A stretch of 64,000 nucleotides of DNA from Octopus bimaculoides (Eukaryota). The notes below the pieces were generated by a model that was given only the letters and a program-made list of their open reading frames with translations, was not told where the DNA came from and ran no database searches. How positions within the stretch are numbered: the stretch's first letter is position 1; every line of letters starts with the position of its first letter. The DNA lies in assembly GCF_001194135.2 (NCBI RefSeq), contig NC_068989.1:4938297-5002296 (forward strand), read 5' to 3'. Below, in pieces: positions 54,561 to 64,000 of the stretch. The translations under genes were made by a program, and so were the position numbers.

Positions 54561-57500
54561 GGGTTGGCAACAGGCAACCAGCTGTAGATGATTATGATCT
54601 TATTCACTTGAACACATTTGTTCAAAAGAATAATCCTATCTATTGATTTTTGGCAATGATGATCAACCCTGGTTTTATTTACCTGTTTCATCCAAAAGGA
54701 TGAAAGGCAAAGTTGACCTCAGCGGAATTTGAACTCAGAACATAAAGATAGATGAAATATCGCTAAGCATTTCACCTGGCATGCTAATGTTTCTGCCAGC
54801 TCACCACCTTGTCTGAGATGGATATATTCTTTTCTACTCTAGGCACAAGGTCCAAAATTTTGGGGGAGAGGGCCAGTCAATTAGATCGACCCCAGTATGC
54901 AACTAGTACTTAATTCATTGACCCCTGAAAGGATGAAAGGCAAAGTCGACCTCAGCAGAATTTGAACTCAGAACGTAAAAACAGATGAAATACTGCTAAG
55001 CATTTTGCCCAGCGTGCTACTGTTTCTGTCAGCTTTCCGCCTTCACCCCAAATAGATATTACAATTGAATGGAAGGCAGCTGACTAGACACACAAATAGA
55101 AAACAGCAAATATGAAGTAGAAATCAAAAGAAGGATTGTATTAAATAGAGAGTAATTTGAATTGTTATCTACAAGCTATTGCAAATGTAGAATCACCAAG
55201 AAATACTAATATTGAAATCAGAAAACATTAATATGCTATATTTGTTCCCTTTGATTATACACCATTGAAAAACATGGTCATTAACAAAAGTATTAGCAGA
55301 TAGATTAAAAGCCTTTGAACTTTTGAGAACACCAATGACATAATAGAAAACCAATGATTAAGTACTTAGACTATCAAAAAAAAAAATTAGACTCTTTCAT
55401 AGAGTTAAAAAGTAGATTACAAAACATTAAAGTACAAGTAATATTAGTGATGTTTAAGTAAATATTATTATTATAGAGTCAAACTAAGTAGAAGAGACTG
55501 TCTAGATTAAATTTAGCCTATAGTAGTGAGCATCAAGAATAGAATTAGCCTATAGGAAGCCCAACTTCACATTGAGGATATAATGTGATCTTCCAAGACA
55601 TTTTTTGTAGGCGGGGGGGGGGGGCGATATGCCAACAAATACAGTAATTGGAAATATATATTTATAGAGTCTATTATTAGAAGATAATATGAAGGAGAAA
55701 AGTAAAAAGTGGAAGGGGAAAATCTAAGAATTATGTGAAATGATAATATCAAGAATTGGACTAACTTAAAATGCAGTGAATGCATAAAAACAGCATAAGA
55801 CCAAGATAGCAGCACACAGAGTTCAACCACATGAAAGTAGACAACACTGTATGATGATGATGATGATGCTGATGCTAGCTGTTATACTTTCCTTTTGATA
55901 ATACATTGCTAAATTATCCAGTTATAGACCGAACAAGCTGTTCACATCACTCATTTCTCTCTTTGGACAAGCTACACATTTTACAGTTTAATTCCCTGCA
56001 CGTAAAGAACCAAGCAATTTCACATTACCAATATAGAGTTCTCTACTCGGCTAGGCTAAAAAATTTTAGGCATGTTTTAAACTGAAAGAATTACCAAAAC
56101 AGTAAACACATGTTCTGCCACATTTTTGCAAGAAAAAAAGAAGTATTTCTTTTTTGTCAGCAGCACATTTGGCACTCAAAGAGGAACTGTAACACAATTT
56201 ACTCAGTGAACAAACACTAATACATGATTATGAAAGTTAGTCAGCTGGTATAGATTACCTACATACGTTTTCCCAAAATGTGGTTAAGAAGCCTGCTTCC
56301 CAACCATGTGGTCTTGGGTTCAACTCCACTGCACAACACATTAGGCAAGTGTTTTCAACTTTGTGGGTGGATTTGGTAGACAGAAACTGAAAAAAGCTTA
56401 TCACACACATATAGGTATATACATATCATCATCCTCATCATGTCAAAAGGCTCATGTCCCAGAATCCCCTGTGCCAATGAGTCAAGTGTGTTGAGCACAC
56501 TATAAGACAGAAGCTTTTCTCCTTTGACTTACATTACAATAATTGACTGGTACTTTATTTCTTATCCCTAATTGTAGCAATCTCACTTCATTTCCTTTTG
56601 TTCACTTCACTACTCGTCTGTTTCATGCCTACAGGTGAGGAAAGGTGTGCCACACATTCCAAAGAGCAGTAAGTAAAACAGTAGCGATTAAAGCTGTTTC
56701 ATTTCTACAGAGATTATATTGGATAATAAATAAAAAGGTATGGCTGTATGGTTAAGAAGCTTGCTTTGCAACCATCTGGTTTCAAATTCAATCCCACTCT
56801 ACAAACCATTGGGCAAGTGTCTTCTACTGAAGACTTGTGAGTAAATTTGATAACATAAACCAAGTGGAAGCTCATCATATGTGTGTGTGTTCTTTGTTCC
56901 CATCACTGCTTGATGTGTGGTGGTGGTTTGTTTATGTTCCCATAACTTAGCTGTTCAGCAAAAAAAACCGATAAGTACCAACTTAAAAAAATAAGTACTG
57001 AGGGATGGGGTCAATTTATTCAACTAAACCTTTAAGGCAGTGCCCCAGCATGGTCATCGACCCCATCCTCCCAGTACTTATTTTTTTAAGTCGGTACAAG
57101 TAAAAGAGAAAAAAATGATATGTGATTAACTTATGCCTGCATGGAAAAACCATGTAAAACAATGCTGATGTCACTGACACCAACACACATCGGCACCCAT
57201 CCCAGGACAGTAAAAATAAATTAAATGAACTAAAAAGCAGCAGTATGAAAGAAAACCGTTTTTAGATATTGATTATATTTGTAAGGAAGTAAAAAGAAAA
57301 ACACAGACAGTCAATTACTCAAATTTCCTTCATTGTTGATTCAGGATGCTTTTTTTTTTAATATAAATTTCTTTTCGCGAGAGGGAGTTTTTTTTTTTTT
57401 TTTAATATAAAATTTCTTGTGGTGGGTAGAAATCTATTTTAAATTTATTAATACACATCATTCCTTTTATTTGTTTAACATCCGTTGTTCCAAGCTAGCA

Positions 57501-57785
57501 TGGTTTAGATAAATGAAGATATTACTAAATCATTGTTTTACACCCAAATGCCACTCCTGTCACAAACTCTTAATAGCTATTTTTCAGGTAAGGAATATTT
57601 CATACTATGTCTGATGATACAAGGCCAGCAGATGACCCATAGAATACATGACAGCAAAATCACTTACTCAAATGGTTTTCCAAGAAGCACTATCAACAAA
57701 TATATATATATATACACACACATATATATATATATATATTTATTACAAGTCACTTCCCTCATGGTCCTTTAATTTTACTTCCAAA

Positions 57786-58587
57786 TGCCTAGGAGGTTGC
57801 CAAAGAGGATTTGAGGCACCCTCTAGGGGTCGGTGAGCAATTAGAGGACTGATGATAGCCAAGGGGTCAGCATGTGAAAGACCAGCTCACCCAGATGAAA
57901 TGCTTGAAGTACTTAGTCAGCGGCATGAAATATGGGAAAACATGATAAATTTTCACTGCAGCGAGAAGTCTGCTGTTGCTAACATTCAAGGCTTGATATG
58001 GTAATCTGTATCATAATCAAAGATTAAGAGGTGTGACTGAGGGGATGCAAACTGTCAAGCGTTTGCTTATAGAAATTACCTGAACCTGGAGGAATGAGAT
58101 GATTTGAGAGAGAAATTGACCAATATTCAGCCTGATATTAATGCCTTGATGCACAATGCTCATACCTCACATTGATGTTGCCAATTTCAATAAAAGATAT
58201 TCCAGTAATATATATGATGCATTTTTCACATTTTCTAACAGTAAAAACAATTTCATAAAAATTGAAAGTTTAATTCTGTATTCTCGTACACGTAATTTTA
58301 AATGTAAAACACAAGTCATCTTCAATAGAATTTCTTAATTTGTTGTACATGTATATTTTAGCTAACATTTTAATTAATTGCCAGCATCAGTATCCAGTAC
58401 GCATTTAAGATATGGAACGGCAGGGTAAGGTATTAAGGTATTTTAAATGGGGAGGGTGGTCGAGGCAGATGGGGAAGTGGCTAAAGGGGATCGATGCAGA
58501 ACAAGTGGCTAAAGGTGGGGGTCGATGTGGAAGAAGTGGCTACTGGGGGTCAATGGTCGAAAATGTTTGGCAACCCCTGGCCTAGAT
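57786..58587 (+). mobile_element. Internally deleted hAT (Charlie/Buster-like) DNA transposon
   Basis: Left end aggaggttgccaaa, right TIR gtttggcaacccctg; gcctag at both ends (TSD remnant); C-terminal KLTNIQPDINALMHNAHTSH* at ~58113-58175. Confidence 0.65.
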
Positions 58588-59968
58588 GAAAGGTATATAC
58601 CAACATTTCAGAAACATCTTTTTGTTTCTAGAAAAAAATCTACATACAAATATGGATGGTAAAATCAGTAGAGCATCAACAGAATAATGTATTTATGTTC
58701 CTTTACTTTCTTTATGAGTTGGAATCCTGCCAAAGTTGTCTTCAACTTTCATCTTTCCATGATCAATAAAATAAATACTAGAGTTTTGTAATCTACTATA
58801 CTTGTAGAAGTGATAACCCAATCTGTAGCCTGGTACATTAGTCTGGCTATAAATTGAAGTACTACATTCTTAAATCAGTAAACAGAATAAAAGAATGATT
58901 TTTTTTTTTTTTATATATATAAAAGTCTAAGCTTCTATATTTATTTCTTGATTCTGTTATGCTGCTGAAATGTCATACACACATGATGATACATACAAGT
59001 GATATGAAACAAATCTGGTGATAAAGTAAAACTGACAAATTTTTTTCCAGTATATTTTAGAAGTGGATATTTGAATGAAAATAGACAATGGCTTACAGTC
59101 ACAATTGTAATTATTAAGATAGATTTCAATATTAAGATACACAGACAGATAGAGTGTGTGTGTGTGTGAAAGAGTAATTTTTGTTTGCAAAGGAATAAAG
59201 TTTAACCAACTGACCACATAGCCACACTTTGACTGCTACTTCCTCTCTTTCTCTCTGAAACTTAAATTCTAAAATTAACTTTGGTCTATCTATATTTCCC
59301 AATTTAAACTAAAATCACTGTCTGTCCATCGCTTTCACACACCTCCATGTTTATTCCATACTAAAATAAGCAATGCTATTTTCTGCAGGTACTACACTAG
59401 TAATAAAATATATTTCTAAACACAAAATAATGGCACAAGTAAGCTAAACCTGTTGTTGTTTAAGCAGATTAACCTAGACTAGACAAGCCTATGTTGAAAA
59501 GTATCCCACTCATGGCCACTGCAATATTTTAAACCTCTGCGTGTCCTGTGTATCACATACAATACACAGGACATGTTTCCTTGGTGTCCAGGCATCATGT
59601 ATGTACGTATGGTAGTCTATTGTAATCCAAGTAGGATAGTTCTGCAATTTCTGGCTGAACAACCTGTACAGACAGATGATTTGTTTACAGTGGTCATATG
59701 CTGGTGCTGTCTCCTTCCATCAAATCAACACTGCCTGTTTAGGTGCACAGTGTACCACATGTCAGGTGTCAAAGGGATTAAAGAGCAACACAAGATGAAG
59801 AGTTTAGCTCAAGAACACAATGCACCATCCGGTCCAGGAACTGAAACCACAATCGTGAGATCGTGAGTGCAACACTAACCACTAGGCTATGCACACTCCA
59901 CGCATCATACACAGGGTGCGGTGAATATATTGTCGTCTAAATTACGCAAAAATGAAAATAACACTTAC

Positions 59969-60094
59969 ATCTCATTTCAACAGATATATTTACCAAAATT
60001 ACATAAAAATATCTTGAAATACTAAAGAGTAAATTTATTCAATAAAATCGCCATAACAAGGATGTGAACCAGTCGGATTCGGCGTAGCAAAAAG
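59969..60094 (-). other. GAPDH: Predicted non-coding first exon of GAPDH (5' UTR)
   Basis: Starts at a pyrimidine C(+1)TTTTT motif 31 nt below a TATA box; ends at GAT|GTAAGT (weaker donors at 59994 and ~60005 also exist); the exon with the ATG begins at an acceptor only 3 nt upstream, so a separate 5' exon must exist; linkage inferred. Confidence 0.5.
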
Positions 60095-60242
60095 AGTAAG
60101 AACGAATTTCTCTGTCCTATATATAGGCTGAAAGACTGCTGGCTCCCCCTGGCGGACAAAACCATTCTAGAACGTTCCATGCCATAGTGACATTACTAAA
60201 AAGAACATAAATCCGCTATTCTTGAAACATTCTAGAATGTTT
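60089..60242 (-). promoter_or_regulatory. Core promoter facing left: TCT-like initiator, TATA box, heat-shock elements
   Basis: ccTATATATAgg at 60116-60127; T-C-TTTTT at 60095-60089; perfect aTTCt-aGAAc-gTTCc at 60164-60178; second nGAAn cluster at 60218-60242; TGACGTAA (CRE/ATF-like) at 60321-60328. Confidence 0.65.
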
Positions 60243-62249
60243 GACAAGACAGGTCACTGGTATCGAATCCCGTAGCTTCCACAGAAGCGTAAATAGAACA
60301 ATGACAGAAGCTGTTTCAATTTACGTCATGCCTACAAGTGCTTATTTTCAGAACTTTCGTTTTTGAATTTCCGTTACAAAAATGTATTGCTTACATGAAC
60401 TAAACTATTACCACAGTATAACGTAGTTTTTTTTTTTTTTTTTCTTTTTGGAATTTTTTGCAAAAAAAAAAATAATATTAAGGATTTATCCTTTTAAAAT
60501 TTTTTACATGCTTGTTCAATCATTTTAGCCCTAATCTTAACTGCATCCTAACCCTAATCCCCAACATTAACCCTAAACTCTAACGTATTGATTGCTTATT
60601 TTGTAATTTTTCGCAAAAAAAAATTCCTTTGTAAATTGTTTACGAGCCTGTTCGACCGTTTCACATGATTTTATTCATTAAAACTTCTTACGACTTCGGT
60701 CGTTGTAATATGTCTTTCTTTCATTTTGTTTAAAAATAATTCATCGTCGTATTGTTTTAGCTTTCATTCTGTGATAGACAGCTATCACGCTTTCAAACCC
60801 TGTTTTCTGATTGCGTAAAAATTTTCAAACTTTAAACTTCTGCAACATTTTTCTGAAATAAGTTAAATAACCCTTTCTACTACAGGCACAAGGCCTGACA
60901 TTTTGGGGGAGGGTAAGATGATTACATCGACCCCAGTGCTCACCTGGTACTGATTTTATCGACCCCAAGAGGATGAAAGGCGAAGTCGATCTCGGCGGAA
61001 TTGGAACTCAGAGCGAGAAAAGGCGGACGAAATACCGCTTAGTATTTCGCTCGGCGTGCGAAACAAGTTAGCAATATAATCAGATTCAGCATGAAAATTT
61101 GCATCAATTTATCAATTTGTAAAATTTACACTTAATTTTCAAAATTTCAAGACCACCAACAGAAAAGAGCCCTTAGGGTTACGCTACGCAATATTTAAGA
61201 CGTTAAGATTTTGTATCAGGTTGATAACGTAAGACTCCCTTGATGGCTGATCTATTTTCTTTTTCAAATACGACGCCGATCTACGCAAATTTATGAATTA
61301 CTATCTAAAGTAGTTGGGGGGGGGGTTATGTTTTAAACGACGGGATGACATTTCGGAATAAAAAACACTTTGTTTTTTGTCCGGAAAACGGGGGTTGAGG
61401 TGGGGTGAAACGCTCGGAGATGTCACCCCCTCCCCCCAACATTTTACAGAAATAAGTTTTCGAGAATGTGGATATTTTTCCGAACAAAAATAAGAGTTTG
61501 CGGCACATTAGGAGATCGGGGGACTTGATTCCATGCACCCATCAAAATTTACCAAAATAAGTACAGCTGTCCGTGTACACACACACACACACACATATAA
61601 TAATAATACTTAACGAAATCAAAGAAAATAACTAAAATTATTCTTTATTAGAATAATTATAATGAACGAACGAGCAAAGGAGTGTAGACATGGTCACTCG
61701 AGCAACTAGAAACAACACCCATATCTCCCTCGCCTTAAAACAGAAACCGGAGCACCTATGATATATGTACAAAAGAGGTGGTCACGACTGGGACATCTTT
61801 GATATTAAGCATGCAATTTGGGGGCTCACAAACACTACGATATAATAATAATAATAACAATAATAGTAATTTTCAATTGATCATTATTCTTATTCAAATT
61901 CCACACAAACAGTACCAATCATGATAAATCAATGATTGTTACCAAATTCCGTTCTTTTTCAAGACCATAAAGACATCGGCCATTATCCTATCTTATGTTC
62001 CATTTCTCCAGTTTTATTTGAAATATTATATAGTAGTTGATTCCAAGAGAGGAAGAGAAAACAGTTGCATTAAATTGCTCTTCTTAAAATTGTGTGTGGT
62101 TAAAACAGACTTAATTTAAAATTATACATATTATTTTCTGAGAGTCGCTAAATAAAACAAAATTAGATTGTGGATAAGTCGTTGTAGCCATTTTCAATCG
62201 GATATACACTTTTTTTTTACTTAATCTTGTAGTGTATGCATATATATAT

Positions 62250-62485
62250 NNNNNNNNNNNNNNNNNNNNNNNNNNNNNNNNNNNNNNNNNNNNNNNNNNN
62301 NNNNNNNNNNNNNNNNNNNNNNNNNNNNNNNNNNNNNNNNNNNNNNNNNNNNNNNNNNNNNNNNNNNNNNNNNNNNNNNNNNNNNNNNNNNNNNNNNNNN
62401 NNNNNNNNNNNNNNNNNNNNNNNNNNNNNNNNNNNNNNNNNNNNNNNNNNNNNNNNNNNNNNNNNNNNNNNNNNNNNNNNNNNNN
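62250..62485. other. Assembly gap (N run); others at 19416-19481, 20587-20599, 22252-22289
   Basis: N characters, mostly beside microsatellites or homopolymers. Confidence 1.
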
Positions 62486-62534
62486 GTTCATAAACCTTGG
62501 TTCTTTTCCCTAATACTATATATTTATATATATT

Positions 62535-62567
<33 letters not shown>

Positions 62568-62766
62568 GATACTAATATGCACATATACATTGCATACATG
62601 CACTATAAAGTGAAGTTTCGTCATAATGAGACTGCGAACAATAATTATTACAAAATAAAGCAAAGAGGTGAAGATAATGGAATGTATTTGAGTTTTAAAT
62701 AACCGTGATGTCTATTCCTTGATGTAATTGTTTCGGTAGCAACCCCACGAATCGTAACCTCGAAAA

Positions 62767-62863
62767 GGGCAAAGGTAAAGAATACGGACACCACCCCGTT
62801 CTCGGCGTTTAGGGTTAGGGTTACGCCGAAAACGGGTGGCATGCGTATTCTTTACCTCCGCCC
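62767..62863. mobile_element. ~100-bp hairpin MITE with TTAGGG loop; second copy 63696-63795
   Basis: ~41-bp inverted arms gggc..ggtaaagaatacg...cggcgt / acgccg...cgtattctttacctccgccc; loop ttagggttagggtt. Confidence 0.7.
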
Positions 62864-63631
62864 CCGAAACCTACCCGCAATTATTATTATTTTTTAAGTT
62901 AACCCTTTGTCTTTCCCGTGTTTCACGTATGATGAACAGGACGTGTTTCCCTGGCATCCATTCATATACGATATACATTCTCAATTTGTGTCAACCACCG
63001 GAAAAACTTGGGGCTTATGAAAGGAGAGCTTCATAGAACCCAGAACGTAAGAGACAAGAGCTAACTAAATGTCTGTAAACAAATATGGGCATTTGTTATG
63101 ACAAATGTTCTGACGAGTTGTCAAAATTGTCTAAGACAGATCGCAAATTTCATTTTAGAATCTGAAATGGCTAAAGGACATCTTGGAATTAGACAGAAAT
63201 GGGGTTCGTTTAAATTTTGACTTTTATAATGTCCATGACCAATATATTTGAAGTGGCTGAGACAATCGAATGCCAAACAAAATCCATTATCAGTGTATAT
63301 AGTTTTTGCTCCTCTCCAATCCGAGTTCAAGACCTGCCGTTGTCGGTTAGCCCCAGGCCATCCTTCATCAAGCAGAGCAATGATCTAGTGTTCCAATCAT
63401 AAGCATACCGGTGTTTATATATTTACGGAGTGTCCATCGTATTTTTTTTCAAGACAATAGGATGTGATTTGAGGGAGATTTGAGCATCCAATTCTTAACA
63501 AGTCAAACGACAATGTACAGATCCTCCTCCTTCATCGACTCCTTTTCGAATTGGCCTCATTGCCCTCCGGAGACGATATAAGTTGAACGTCAAAATTTTC
63601 TTTAAAATCTCCTGCAGCTTTAAAATAAGAT

Positions 63632-63635
<4 letters not shown>

Positions 63636-63699
<64 letters not shown>

Positions 63700-64000
63700 G
63701 GCGAAAGTAAAGAATACGTACACCAGGGGGGTGAGGGTTAGGGTTTTTGTTACGCCGAAAACGGGTGGTGCAAGTATTCTTTACCTCCGCCCATATACAT
63801 GTATGTATATACATGTATACATATATATATATATATATATGTATGTATATACATGTATACATATATATATACATGTATATATATATATGTATATACATGT
63901 ATACATATATATATACATGTATATATATATATGTATATACATGTATACATATATATATACATGTATATATATATATGTATATACATGTATACATATATAT
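63636..64000. repeat. (TA)n / (TATACATG)-type compound microsatellite
   Basis: Visible repeat; similar (TA)n, (CA)n, (GA)n tracts at e.g. 2640-2682, 15585-15616, 22217-22327, 45576-45682, 46598-46637, 51075-51157. Confidence 0.95.
63696..63795. mobile_element. Hairpin MITE with TTAGGG-like core, inserted in (TA)n
   Basis: 22-bp TIR tatgggcgaaagtaaagaatac / gtattctttacctccgcccata; TA at both ends. Confidence 0.7.

Noticed and set aside
44187-59968. GAPDHS-like N-terminal extension upstream of the ATG
   Set aside because: The acceptor is followed by AAA ATG in frame, but I found no credible upstream coding exon; the protein is complete at 333 aa.

Overview
AT-rich, microsatellite- and SINE-dense eukaryotic DNA; the repeat families point to an octopus/coleoid cephalopod (inference). 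Four N gaps. Two convergent protein-coding genes can be reconstructed from GT-AG splice sites with consistent phases. (1) On +, the 3' half of an ADAM-family gene: end of disintegrin, cysteine-rich, EGF-like, Ser/Thr stalk, TM and a ~530-aa cytoplasmic tail; 8 exons from 281 to the stop at 13186, plus a frame-shifting 32-nt micro-exon candidate. (2) On -, a complete 333-aa GAPDH in 9 coding exons (ATG 44186, stop 26836). Its probable promoter and non-coding first exon lie ~16 kb upstream at ~59970-60240 (TATA, TCT-type start, heat-shock elements). The rest is intron or intergenic DNA with tRNA-headed SINEs, MITEs, fossils of mariner, hAT, RTE and RLE-clade LINEs, and minisatellites. Most notable: a fold-back element with two opposed hammerhead-ribozyme motifs in the GAPDH intron just upstream of the catalytic exon, a second hammerhead-like motif just downstream of that exon, the HSE-bearing promoter, and alternative-frame splicing options in the ADAM tail. 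No prokaryote-type system (CRISPR, operon) is present.
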